Below, piece by piece: positions 26,960-39,262 of a stretch of 64,000 nucleotides of DNA. Within the stretch, counting starts at the first letter, position 1. The number at the start of each line of letters is the position of its first letter. This DNA comes from Leucoraja ocellata (taxonomy: Eukaryota). The notes beneath the pieces are model-generated. The model had not been told where the DNA came from, searched no databases, and saw nothing but the letters and a program-made list of their open reading frames with translations. The position numbers and the translations under genes were made by a program. Location: NCBI GenBank assembly GCA_036785375.1, contig JAWMAR010000051.1, forward strand, positions 1,364,001 to 1,428,000, read 5' to 3'.

Positions 26960-27260
26960 CGGGTTTACTACAAGCCGACGTCTCCCCTTGATGCAGGGTA
27001 TAATTTCCATGCTGGCTTTGTAACCAGACACCAGAGAATACAAGAAGGGCTTCCGTTTGTTCCCAGTTCAGCTGCTATGCAACTAATCACAGCATCTCAC
27101 GTAATCTGTGCGTTGTCTCATGTCAGTTGGCTTGATCCTTTCATCCTGCATTACTACCCCTTCCTGTCACCACCAATGCTATTGGCTGCTAATTTGGGTA
27201 TTCTGGAAGAGAGGGTATCCCATGTGTCGTTTACGTTATCTGATGAAAACTAGTGCTGGA
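26960..27260 (+). pseudogene. Fossil PIF/Harbinger (HARBI1-like) DDE transposase fragment
   Basis: Collinear degenerate motifs across frames: LPLMQGII (cf. FPxVQGAID), KKGFRLFPVQLLCN (cf. RKGFHSLNVQLVCD), VICALSHVSWLDPFIL (cf. VxAxxPGSxHDxFIL), RGYPM...YLMK (cf. GDxGYPLxxWLMT). Motif consensuses are recalled, not searched. Confidence 0.6.
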
Positions 27261-27857
27261 AAACAGATGACACCCTTTTCACTTCTCAGCTTATGTAAAC
27301 CATCAGTTCCCTGGAACAGAGGTTGCACTGTTTGATCAGTGTGGACTGATTTTTGAGTGTTTTAGAATTTTCTGTTGTGCATTTCTTGTTCAATGATTTG
27401 TCTTGGATATGAGGCAGCCGCTGGTGCTAGTTGAGGATAAGATATTGAGGGGCAAGAGCAAGGTAAATGGCAGGATTCGGAGAATGATTTAGGCCCCCAA
27501 TCTTGCCCATGCTGCAGCTGTATGTCAGCAGATCTTCAAGATTATTCCTGTCCTTCCATCCCCTCTCAAACATTCCATGCCATCGGCCCTTTTTCTCGTT
27601 AAAGCCCGTTCTTCCAAATAACGTAATTCCAAGCACCACTCTGGAATTATTGCACATCCCATGATATGGTCAACAAATACTCATCTAATTAACAAGATTT
27701 CCATCAAGTTCCGTGAGATATGGAGTTTTCGGAAACGACACATGAAATATAAATTTGCCTGAGTGCCTGGTCTTCACATCAGCGTTATACTCTTGCAAAC
27801 CCTGGGAGATTGAAGCCTGCTATTGACCCCAATTAACTTCTATATGAAGATTCCATA

Positions 27858-28226
27858 TTGATCTTATAGAGGTGTCTAAGATCATGAGAGGAATAGATCG
27901 GGTAGATGCACAGAGTCTCTTGCCCAGAGTTGGTGAATTGAGGATCAGAGGACATAGGTTTAAGGTGGAGGAAAAGATTTAATAGGAATCTGAGGGGTAG
28001 ATTTTTCACACAAAGGGTGGTGGATGCATGGAACAAGCTGCCAGGGGAGTAGTTGAGGCAGGGACTATCCCAACATTTAAGAACGTTAGACAGGTACATG
28101 GATAGGACATGTTTGGAGGGATATGGACCAAATGATGGTAGGTGGGACTAGTGTAGCTGGGACGTGTTTTCCAGTGTTGGCAAGTTGGGCTGAAGGGCCT
28201 GTTTCCACACTGTATCACTCTATGAC
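27858..28226 (+). mobile_element. CR1 3' fragment
   Basis: gatcttatagaggtgtctaagatcatgagaggaatagat...ttcacacaaagggtggtgg...gggctgaagggcctgtttcc. Confidence 0.9.
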
Positions 28227-28702
28227 TAAGGCTTCAATTCACTCCCCAGCCAACATTTTCACTTTGGTGCCTGCTTGGTTCTGTGGAAGTAGATTTGCTT
28301 TGTTCTGGAGTTAAGATGTGTCTCTACTGGGATGCCACTAGGCCTCTTCCGATGCTCTGTAAATGGAACAGAGTATAAAAATGCCAGTGAGGAGGAGGAT
28401 GTTTGGCTTCATAGAGGAAGCTTCCCAGTCAAGAGAAGGATCTTCCCAGTGGAAGGAGTCCAATGAAATGAGTAAGAGAGTATTTGTTGTATATTTTCCA
28501 GTAGAAGATAGCACGACAGTGTGGCCATTGATCCAGAATCAGATGTACAGCTCATTCTCTTTGGCTTACAGAATTCTAAATTAATGCAAGAAAAAAACCA
28601 AATTTAAACTCAATATTTAAACTTTTAAATGAACAGATGCGATATGAAACTTAATTCCCTGATGAAAGAGTGGTGAGCTACTCACCACAAATTAAATATT
28701 GA

Positions 28703-28802
28703 AGATAGATACAAAGTGCAGGAGAAACTCAACGGGTCAGGCAACATATCTGGGGGGAAAAAGGATGGGCGATGCTTCGGGTCGAGACCCTCCTTCAGAC
28801 TA
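28703..28802 (-). mobile_element. Penelope-derived short unit with degenerate hammerhead-like core
   Basis: ttcgggtcgagaccctccttcagact is the reverse complement of agtctgaaggagggtctcgacccgaa. Confidence 0.8.
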
Positions 28803-28826
28803 GTTAGGGAAAAGGGGATACTGAGT

Positions 28827-28913
28827 TGGATGATCAGCCATGATCATATTGAATGGCGGTGCAGGCTCGAAGGGCCGAATGGCCTACTCCTGCACCAAAT
28901 TTCTATGTTTCTA
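28827..28913 (+). mobile_element. Very short CR1 3' tail (~87 bp)
   Basis: tggatgatcagccatgatcatattgaatggcggtgcaggctcgaagggccgaatggcctactcctgcacc...ttctatgtttcta. Confidence 0.85.
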
Positions 28914-29719
28914 AAAGGGAAATGAAAGATATAGACAATGACTCTTACCCATTTGAGAAATAAATTGCAGAATTCCCCAGGTTGTGGGTTCTTGTCTGGG
29001 TAGAAGCATCCAGTGGGGTATTTGCCATTCCCTCACTCTGAATGGTGGGCCCAGAGCAACATGATGACAGAGGCACTCTGCCAACAGGAAGGGAGAAAAC
29101 CCTGGAGTGAGGCACCTCCGAGCACTTGCCCCCTGCCCTACTCTACCCTTGGGACGATCACTCCCAAGCAACAGCAGCAGTGCTGTGGGATCAGATTGAT
29201 CAACCCCTATGCTGCAGACAGCACACAAGGCACTGATCTCGGGGTCAGGAAATTAGGAAGACTTCTCCACAGGACACAAAAATTCCTACCACTCCCAGAA
29301 AATAAAAAAATATTTCTGTTTAACTGAGGCAGTGCTACTACTGTTTACCGTAATCAAGTGGATGATCAATGTTGCATGGTATGTAGCGATTCTTGGAATG
29401 TATAAGGTACATAGACTACACCGAACATTCAGGTGATAAAGCCAGTGTGTTCAAGGTGATAATGATCCTAAAATAGTGTTGGCTTATTCCCCTGTTTATT
29501 TTGCAACTCGTGCTATGGACATGATGTGGCCTTACAGTAAATGCCTGATTGTTAATGTAGTGATAAGATCTTTTTGTGTGGAAATTGCGTACTTTTTTGT
29601 CGTTGTTGTAACACTCCATGCGTTTGTCCCAAGCTGCTATTTTCAAAGACGTCCGTATATCTTCATTCCATTTTTTGAGTTTCTGCAGACTGTACAGATG
29701 TACTACAGCGTGTATACCA

Positions 29720-29781
29720 ACCTACATCCCCAGCACCAACACCTACAACCCCACCTACATCCCCAACACCAACACCTACAA
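29720..29781. repeat. 33-bp tandem repeat (~2 copies)
   Basis: acctacatcccca(g/a)caccaacacctacaa is repeated. Confidence 0.85.
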
Positions 29782-29815
29782 GTACAAACATGATCTTTTC
29801 TCCCTGTCACCTACA

Positions 29816-30348
29816 GGGCTGCACAGTGGCACTGCTGGTAGAGCTGTTGCCTCAAAGCACCAGAGAACAGAGTTTGATCCTGATCTTGGGTGCTGTCCAT
29901 GTGGAGTTTGAACATTCTCCCTGTGGATTTCCTCGGGGTGCTCTGGTTTCTTCCCACCTTCCAAAGACGTTCGGGTTTGGAGGTTAATTGAGCTCTGTAA
30001 AATTGGCTTCACTGTAGGGAGTGGATGAGGAAGTGGGATAACATAGAACTAGTCTGTGAACAGGTGATCGATGGTTGGCATGGACTTGGCGGGTCTTATG
30101 CCCCTGTCCCAGTTAGGAAACCTGAACGAAAACCTCTGGAGACTTTGCGCTCCACCCAAGGTTTCCGTGCGGTTCCCGGTGGTTGCTGGAGGTTGCAGGT
30201 AGTGGAAGCAGGTAGGGAGACTGACAAAAACCTCCGGGATCCGCACGGAAACCTTGGGTGGGGCGCAAAGTCTCCAGAGGTTTCCGTTCAGGTTTCCCAA
30301 GTGGGACAGGGGCATTAGGGTCTGATCCGTGATGTATCTTTTAATCAA
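29816..30348 (+). mobile_element. HE1-like SINE interrupted by a MITE
   Basis: Head ggtagagctgttgcctc...gtttgatcctga and central domain; the tail resumes after 30317. Confidence 0.8.
30099..30314. mobile_element. Fold-back PIF/Harbinger (Tourist-like) MITE
   Basis: ~80-bp near-perfect terminal inverted repeats (tgcccctgtccca... / ...tgggacaggggca). 3-bp TSD TTA at 30096-30098 and 30315-30317. Confidence 0.9.
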
Positions 30349-31330
30349 ACAAAACCAGCTGGCCAGCAGAGGATCCTTCCCCAGTAACCTCTGAGAAGGG
30401 TATCAATGTAGGAACTGTTGGAGATAAGTATATTTTGACCTAATGGTCAACAGTTCCATTATAGTCAAAACCATTGTTACCTCTCACCTCCATGAAACCC
30501 ATTGGTCCCAATGTTGTGTGATAACCACTTAGCAGACTGCGAATGAGTCTGGGTATCTGCGTATATGTGTTTATTTGGGTGGAGGATAATTGGGCCAGAG
30601 GATGTGGATATTTACATGATATTAGTTGACAAGGAGTACATTTGCCTCTTTATTTTATGGGTTCAGGAGAAAGTAGTCATTTCCATGAGCTTTAAAATTA
30701 TTTATGGTGAAGAGGTTTTGCTGTCATTGCCGGATAATTTAAGGCCGTACCCAATTATTGTTTTGGTGGAAAAGTCCATCAATAATTGATGCAGCAATTG
30801 AGAATTTGAACATATGAAAATGGCCACCTCTAAACTAGAACCTGTCATGCCTTGTTCTTTTTTTTATAGCCAGATAGACATTGTTCAGTTTAAATTAGTC
30901 CAGTTGCCTTGCAGAATTAATAAACACATTGAGGTTACTAATGTTTTCATTCCACCTCCAGTATAAATTCCATTTGGAATATTTTGGAGGACCAAGAAAT
31001 CAAGAACCAAGTAATATTAATTGCCGAATACAGATCCGAACTTAGACAGTAGTCCCTGACCCATTGACAAACATTTTTAAATTTGAAGTCAGAAATTGAT
31101 TGTCCAGTTGGGTAATTAATCATATCCTTTATTTCAATTGAAATTATGAATTCTTTGTTATTTTCCACCGACCTTTCATTTTCTCACTTGAACCCTGATT
31201 TATTTTTTGGGATTGTTGTAAAGGAATTGTGAGTATTAGTGCAATTTTCCAGTATTAGTCTACATCTCTTCCAACCTCCAAAACTGAAGACCTGCACAAT
31301 TGTTCAACTAAGAGAGCTATTCTAAGTTTG

Positions 31331-31545
31331 TGTGAGGGAAAGAACTGCAGTTACTGGTTTATACCAAAGATGAACACAAAATGCTGGAGTAATCAGCGAG
31401 TCAGGCAGCATCTCTGGAGAAAAATAAATTGTGACATTTTGGGTGTGATGAAGGTTCTCGACCCGAAACCTCTCCTTTCCTATTCCTTGTCTCTGGAGAT
31501 GCTGCTTGACCTCCTGAGTTACTCCAGCATTTTGTGCCTATCTTT
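31331..31545. mobile_element. Fold-back (inverted) Penelope-derived unit
   Basis: Antisense arm cacaaaatgctggagtaa...ggcagcatctctggaga and sense arm tctctggagatgctgc...ttactccagcattttgtg flank tgatgaaggttctcgacccgaaac. Confidence 0.8.
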
Positions 31546-31755
31546 GTTATTCTACAGAAATTCTTCTGGCTGTTAAACACCTCACAGAGAAAGGCATGGC
31601 GAAAAACTAGTGAAAAACCATTGTGTTGAATAAATGGGTGTTTTTTTGTGCTCCTAATCACTATTTGCCTAATTTGTAACTAATGGCTACCAATCTTGCA
31701 CTTTGTCTCTCATCCCCTTTCTTTCATCCCGTCAACCTCCATTTCTTATTTGCAG

Positions 31756-31774
31756 AAAACAACTGCGCCTGAAG
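31756..31774 (+). other. Candidate 19-nt microexon
   Basis: Long polypyrimidine tract ending ttatttgcag, several ctaat branch-like motifs upstream, donor GAAG|gtaaaa, and TGCATG at 31921. No homologue recognised. Confidence 0.3.
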
Positions 31775-32063
31775 GTAAAAATTACCACAAGTTTACAAAA
31801 CAGAAATGATTGAGTGAACAAAAGCAATGACAGTCTGTTGAATCAGGTACCGGACAACCTAAAAGCTAATAATCAAAACTCCCACTGGCTGCAGTTCAAA
31901 CCTATTTGGAATTGGAATGATGCATGGATCCAGTGCTGGCTGTGTTCTCTCTGATAGACAAGCAAATTAATTATTTGAATGTTAGTAGATTAAAAAAAAA
32001 CATTGATCTGCAGGGAGAGACACCTATAGTCAGAGACAGGAAGGCCCTGTGAGGATGAGATGA

Positions 32064-32287
32064 TGTGTACCAAGGAACTGCAGATGCTGGTTTACACAAA
32101 GATAGACAAAAAGTGCTGCAGTTACTCAACGGGTCATGCAGCATCTCTGGAGAAAAGGAATGGTTGATGTTTCACGTCGAGACCCTTCTTCAGATTGAAG
32201 ATAGGCATCGAGCCAAAAGGTCACCTATTACTTTTCTCCATAGAAGCTGCCTGGCCCTCTGAGTCACTCCAGCATTTTGTGCCTATA
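32064..32287. mobile_element. Fold-back Penelope-derived unit
   Basis: Antisense arm through gtcgagacccttcttcaga, followed by sense arm tgaagatagg...gagtcactccagcattttgtg. Confidence 0.75.
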
Positions 32288-33974
32288 TATGGGGAAGAGA
32301 TTAGATTGGGGAAGAGAGAGCTGTTGACTTGTTTGTGATCAGGCATGAGATCTTCCATTATGGCCCAAAATTTGTTCTAACCAAAACAAATTATACAAAA
32401 CATTATGGCCTGTTTTAGTCTATTGACTCTTCCCTGTTGTGGGAGGGAGATACACACAGTAGAGGCCTTAAGAACAGAGAAGGTAGAACAGTACATCAAC
32501 ACAGGAGCCGTCCCTTCAGCTCACATTGTGCCAATCATAATTCTTGTCTAATTAATCCATTTGCCAGCATATGTTCCATATCCCTCTATTCCCTCTTTGT
32601 TCATGTGTCTGTCAAAATGTTTCTTAAACGTTGTTACTGTATCTGCTTCTGCGATCGTCTGTGGACCATCTCCACGTCTCCAAATCCGTCTTATGTGACC
32701 AGGCCCGCATACAATAAACAGGCTTCTTTGACATAATCTTAAACTGATGTTATGACTGATGACCATATTGGATTGTGACTTTTTAATTTCAGCAAGTCTT
32801 CCGTGCTCCTAAATCTGTACCATTAAAACTACGCTACCAAAGAATATAGTCCGTTGAAGTAAAGAACTGAACTTTTCAAATTTCAACATTTTCCATGCAC
32901 TGTCCTTGAAAAGAGAACCGGGTGTTAAACTTTCAGCTCAAGTCTATATGAGATTTACTTTAATGTATTGGTTTACTATTAACTTTCCAGGGAATTTTTC
33001 CAACAGATCACTTTCTTCTGATGGTTTATTTTAAACTCGGAGAATTTTAAAATATAAATTAGTTGAACAAAATACATTTTCACGTGTCTCTTTAACTCTG
33101 AGAGAATTATGAATAAGAAATGTACAAATAAAACACAAAATGATTGCACATGAATTGGATGGACTGCTGTCCACCTTGCTGGCTTGTGTTGTCTATGTTG
33201 TGCAATCTATATTGGCAACTAACTTAGCAAAATACTGAAGCATTTTCCTGAATGAATCACTTTCATGACAGAATATAACCAATTCCATGTTGCATTCTTA
33301 TGACAAAAATGTTCTTAGTAGTTGCACGCTGGTACGTTTTTGTAACACTTAGCATTTTATCAAGAAGCTCTACTTTTCTTAGGATGATGCCTGCCAATAT
33401 ATTTTTTAATTAATTCCATAAAATATATACAGGTTTATGGAGATTATACTTTCTGTTTCAGAACAATTTGGAATTTTTTACGTTAACATATTTTTCAGTC
33501 ATTTGGGTTGCAGTATAAACCTAATCAGAACTTTATATTCTTTTACGCATTGGATAAACCTTTTGATATTTAAATTAAAACTAACATTCCAGTGATAACG
33601 AGAACAAGTGAGTTGTAAAGTGCATCCTTTTGATCTGCTCCAAGCATGTATTGTAAAACAGTTTATTTTAGATAAGTGCATAGGAAAAATGAGATTTTAT
33701 TTATATATTTGATAAGTGCGTTAATTGCATCGAGGCTATGAATGCTATCAGTGTGCTTTTCCTATCAGCATTTGAAAGCAATTCCACAAATTTAGTGATA
33801 ATATTTTGAACTATAGTTTTGCGCAACATTCATGGTTTGCCATTAGGTGCACAAGACCAGTCACTTTTGATAAGGCCAACTACTTGGAGTCTGCTGTCTG
33901 TGTTTTTGTTCAACAAATTTAAAAAGGAACAGTGACATGCCACACATATATAAGTGCATTTTCTATTATGACTC

Positions 33975-34280
33975 TAGAAACATAGAAACATAAAAACAGA
34001 GAAAATAGGTGCAGGAGTAGGCCATCAACCCTTCGAGCCAGCACCAATGATCATGGCTGATCATCCAAAATCAGTACCCTGTTCCTACTTTTTTCCCATA
34101 TCTCTTGATTCCGTTAGCCAGTGGCATGTGGATAATATATGCAAGTTTGTCAAGTCAAGATATTTCTCCTGCACTAATACTTTCATACCAATGGATGATC
34201 AGCCATGATCATATTGAATGGTGGTGCAGGCTCGAAAGGCCGAATGGCCTACTCCTGCACCTATTTTCTATGTTTCTATA
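33975..34280. mobile_element. Pair of oppositely oriented CR1 3' tails forming an inverted repeat
   Basis: agaaaataggtgcaggagtaggcca...atgatcatggctgatcatcc (antisense, 33975-34118) versus ggatgatcagccatgatcat...tggcctactcctgcacctattttct (sense, 34192-34280). Confidence 0.85.
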
Positions 34281-35224
34281 CGATATTTAGACGTTTAGGT
34301 AACTGATGCCTGTTTATGTTTTCAAAACTGAAAGGAGGCTTAGTCATATTTATATTATTTAATGTAGTACTCAGAATTAAAATTAGTGATAGTACATCTG
34401 AAAAGTAACATTTAATTTTATTGCTATTCAATACTTCACTAGAATTTTATGTTTTGTAAATGACTTTGATCACTACACTATTAGTTAAATGTGTTCTCTT
34501 TTCAATTCATTACCAACTAAATCCAAAAGCATTTGGTTATTCTATCCATTGTAATCACATGTACGGATGAATGCCAGGCTTTTATTTTCCATAAGATACA
34601 GTTTTCTTCAGATGTCTGTATCATTTGAGACTTCAGTAGCATGTTGAATATTTTGCCTTTAAAATGGGAGCTGCACTAATCAACATTAATGAAGCTATTA
34701 ATCAGGAGTGGTCAGTGAATTTTGTTGATGGCATTAGGCAGAGGAGCGATATCATTAAAATAAATGATGAACCTCAGGGAAAATAGACCAGCGGGCTTGT
34801 TGAGGTTGGCTAACTTCTAGATGGAGCCCATCTTTGTCATCAGTGGAGAGATACAGCTAGACAGTCAAAAGGTTGGCTGATCGAATGTTTAAAATGGATC
34901 CCTCTGCGGACTCCAGGAACAAAACAATGCGGGAGCTGTAACTCAATGATGAACAGCAATAGAAAAGGCTATCTTCAATGCCCTAGAAAACTATTGTTAT
35001 TGAACACGTGATTTACCCATGTTCCAGTTCAGTGCCCCGTGTCTTTTAGTGCAGGCAGAAGTATAAAAAAGGAGTAGACTTTACAAAGTAACTACAGTGA
35101 AGGGGTTAAGCTAATTTACCTGTCTTGCATCTTTACTAATAGACGGTAATACAGTACAAGATCAGGTGGGAAGTAAAATTTGTGATCACTTTGTACTACA
35201 AGCAATCAAAAAGGATATGGAGAG

Positions 35225-35472
35225 GAATTTCTATAGTCGGAGGGTAGTGAAGCTGTAGAATTTGTTGCTATAGACGGCTGTGAGGCCACTGATGGATATT
35301 TTTAAGGTAGAGATTGACAGATGCTTGATTTGTAAAAGTGTTAGGCTTATGGGGATAAGGCAAGAGAATGTAGTTGAGAGGGAAATATCGATTAACCATG
35401 ATTGAATGGCGGAGTAGACTTAATGGGCCGAACGGCCTAACTCTGCTCCTATAACTTATGAACCTATGAACT
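35225..35472 (+). mobile_element. CR1 3' fragment
   Basis: agtcggagggtagtgaagctgtagaat...atgggccgaacggcctaactctgctcctataacttatgaacctatgaac. Confidence 0.8.
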
Positions 35473-36977
35473 ACTGCCAAAAACCAATTTAACCCACAGG
35501 AATTCTTACTAATTTAATTTATAATGGGAAAACAGTGAGGAATAACAAATATTTTTCACATTCCATTTTGCTCTGACATCAACATTGATTTTTTGAGAGG
35601 GTTCTTTCTGAGTCAGATTCTTGACTCGCCAATCCTTGGTCCCTTTGATAAACCTCTGCTGCGTTCTCCAACCTTTCTAGAGAGGTTCCCTGCAAATTAT
35701 AACTAAACAGAAACAAAATCATGAATTCTGTATTCTGCTAAATATTGCGGGTAAATTAATTCCTGATGGATCGGTGTGTTTGAGTCGCCCTCATGAGATG
35801 AGCAATATTCTCAAATGGAAAAACTCATAAAGAAAATGTTTACACACAAAAAAATCTCATCAAGGAACATAAAATCACAACACAAAGCTAACTTCCCACA
35901 GAAGAAAACAAAGATAATGCTTAACATATCCAAGACCCTGAATTGTTATAGATGTAGTCTTTCATCAAACCAAGAAAGTGAATTGATGATCCATTGGAAC
36001 TGGGATGCAAGCAGCAAAAACAAACAAAAGTTGGCAAGGAAAATTAATTACGTATAAAATCCGCATTTAAAAAAGATAACTATTTGACCAACTAAGCCCT
36101 TTCCATCACTTTATGAACCACAAACGATCTGTTGGTTTAATCCCCGATTCCTACCTTGCTCCATATCCTTCAATAATCTTATTTCCAAACAAAACTGGCA
36201 AACATGAGTTAGTTAACTATTAAGTACCTTGTAAGCCAATTTAACCTTGACTTTATTTCTAATTAAAGAATAGTTAAGGATACCGTTTCCAAGGGGTCAG
36301 GTAATGCTGCGCCTATATGTTATGTACATTCATAACTTGTATTAATCTTTATTCTGATTCCATGCTTATGGCTATTAAGGGGTACAGCTGCGAACCAAGG
36401 ACATTAATTGTCTGTTCCAAGCACTCAAAATCAGTATGAGCTGATAAAAAAAAAAAGTCCCCTCAAGATTAAAATGTGTTAAAATAGTAATATGTGCCAG
36501 TTTGTTCTAGTGCCTTTATTGTCTGAATCTCTTTCATGCACCTTATGCACTTAGAAGGCAGTGATTGTGAAGATTCCCCTATTAGCATGCCCAGGAGCCC
36601 TGTGCATTCAGCTGAAACTAACCCAAACAGGCTGGCATGTTGCCTGCACCTCTTAAACTGAAATCAGCTACTGTATCCCACAACAGTTTGGTTAATGTGT
36701 AGCTTGAAAAATAGTCAAGAGTGTTTTGTTGTCATATGTCCCTCCAGGGAACAATGAAATTCTCACTTGATAGCTGTACATACACCAGACTCCTACTCGC
36801 ATATGCCAATCTGTGAGAACCTGGTGGATCGATTGAAGGACCTGCAGATGAGATGCTCCTAGAAGCCACTGAGGACTGAAATAAAGCTACAGTGGGAGAA
36901 CATGTCAGAGAGATCGCAGCTTGCAGAGATGCCCTGGGGATGAGGGGGAAATAGAATGTGTGAAGGATTAAGTAAGA

Positions 36978-37086
36978 ACAGTCTCAGTCTGAAGACTTAG
37001 TCTGAAGAAGGGTCTCAACCCGAAACGTCATCTACTCCTTCTATCCAGAGATGCTGCCAGAATTACTCCAGCATTTTGTGTCTGTC
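36978..37086 (+). mobile_element. Penelope-derived short unit with hammerhead-like core and 10-bp TSD
   Basis: agtCTGAAGAagggtctcaacccGAAACGTC with a stuttered 5' end (agtctgaaga duplicated). TTAAGTAAGA at 36968-36977 and 37087-37096. Confidence 0.85.
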
Positions 37087-37584
37087 TTAAGTAAGAGCAT
37101 ACCGTGATCCTCAATAGTATTCAAAGTGCCACTAGCTTTTGAAAATAACCTTGTGCTTGGTTAAGAACAATGAAATTAGCAACAAATTTCCTCCATTAAA
37201 TGTGAATTTCACACTAAACGAACACTCAGACACAATTTTAGTACATTTACATACATCTCTCATCTTAAGCACACCTACCATTAGTCATTTTTGCTAGGTA
37301 TATCATAGGAACACATTGTAGCACAGTCACTAATACTTTCCCCTCTCTCTTGCAGGGCATGGTTGCTTGCAGCCACACACTGCAACAGCATGTATGGGGT
37401 TGGGGACCTTATCATGGTCATTGGCCCTTTTATTTGGCAAAGAGTGTAGTGGCCATGGGCTCATTTGTCACTTTGAATAATATTGAGGATTACAGTATGG
37501 TCTTATTTAATCCCCCTCATACCCCACACTCCCATTATCCCACAATTCATTTTGGGTTTGTGATATCTACTTGATTCAAGTACA

Positions 37585-37880
37585 CATAGAAAATAGACGC
37601 AGGAATAGGTCATTCGGTCATGGCTGATCATCCAATATCAGTAACCCATTCCTGCTTTTTCCCCACATCCCTTGATTCCGTTAGCCCTACGAGCTAAATC
37701 TACCTGTAACTCTCTATTGAAAACATCCAGTGAATTGACCTCCATTGCTTTATGTGGCAGAGAATTCCACAGATTCACAACTCTCTTCCCCATCTCAGTC
37801 CTAAATGGCCTACCCCTTATTCTTAAACTGTAATCCCTGGTTCTGGATTCCCCCAACATGGGGACCATTTTTCCTGCTTT
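37585..37880 (-). mobile_element. CR1 3' fragment
   Basis: ORF ESRTRDYSLRIRGRPFRTEM...RVVNLWNSLP; same family as 74-627. Confidence 0.9.
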
Positions 37881-39262
37881 TAACACTCCTGCCTGCCTCT
37901 TCCACCATCAATTTTTACCCTTCTTCTCACTTTGAATACTCAAGATGTAGGAGCTGTCCAACCCTGGCAGCAGAGCTGTGGTATTCGGAGGAGGAAGTGA
38001 ATCCCGCATTCAGTGTATCCACAATTTGCATCCACCATCTCGGATCCTGACACTGACTGAATATAGAGGACAGGTTGAGGCAGAGGCTGCATGTAGTAAA
38101 TCGCCCGCAATGACTATATCACCATGCATGAGTGGATGGCAGACAAAGCAGAAGAGAAGGTAGCTTGTATGGTGGTTTCCACAGGGACAAGGTCACATTC
38201 CAGTTCTGATCTTTAAGAATCTCAGATGAGTCCCACTTTGGGGCAACCTACAGATGCAGATTGATGAGCCTTCAAATAGAGATGCTTGGGGCACTGAACC
38301 ATCCACTTGAAAGCCTTGGAGAATGCCAAAGAGCATCAGTGGAATGCAACCTGGCTCTCTCCTCTCAGGGTAATGGCACACATGCTCCCAAAGCTGCAAG
38401 TCCTACAATCAATTTGGCCAGACTGTTGCCGCTCATAATGAGATAGTGCAGTCAGAATCAGGGTCCTGGAAGCCCAGAGCTGTGCTCACTCACTGTTTTT
38501 TGCTCATTTGATTGGTTTGCAAGGATGAACACGTGCTTTTTGACTGCGCATCTTTGTATGTGATCAAAACACACCATTTGCTCATGACAAAACTGTTTAG
38601 CAATTGTTGCTGTGCTGCAAATGCATAACACAAAAAATCGTCCTTTACTTGATTGAATTTCTCAGCCCTGCTGTTTTGCTACCAAACTGCAGACAACATT
38701 CTCTTCCGCATAATGAATTATTCCATGTTTTGCCGCGATCTTTCTGACCTTCCATATTACCAATTTTGGTCAACTTAATAGTGATAAGCTGTAGATTATG
38801 GCCACTTTTCTGCTGTGGACTTGCAAAAGATCAGAACATAAATTAGGTTTCCTAAATTCACTTTGCATCAAAGCCTGCAAAGACAAGAGAGATTCCTCTC
38901 CTCAGAGTTAATTGATTAAAAGTTCCTCCGAAAGAAGAAAATAAACATTTCAGACCCCACTCTTTTTTAATAGGGAGTATAATGTTATTGTTCAACCTCC
39001 TCTCCCTTTGTTAAAAATATTATTTTCCTCAAACAACGACAGGGGTTTAATTGATAATCCTCTTATTAACAATGTATACCAGTGTATGCCTCAACACCGT
39101 ACAGATAGCTATAAAAGTGATGGATACTCAAATGACCTCCTTGATACAGTAGCAGGCCTGCCAGATACGCTGTATGTGTTCTCAAGGTGGAAAGGAAACA
39201 TACAACTCTCGCCATGCTCAGAGATTTGCGTGGAATCCAGGACCCATCCTTTCAAGGGAGGC

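Noticed and set aside
26852-27253. 133-aa ORF as a functional domesticated transposase
   Set aside because: Transposase motifs are spread over different frames and catalytic residues are degenerate; treated as a fossil.
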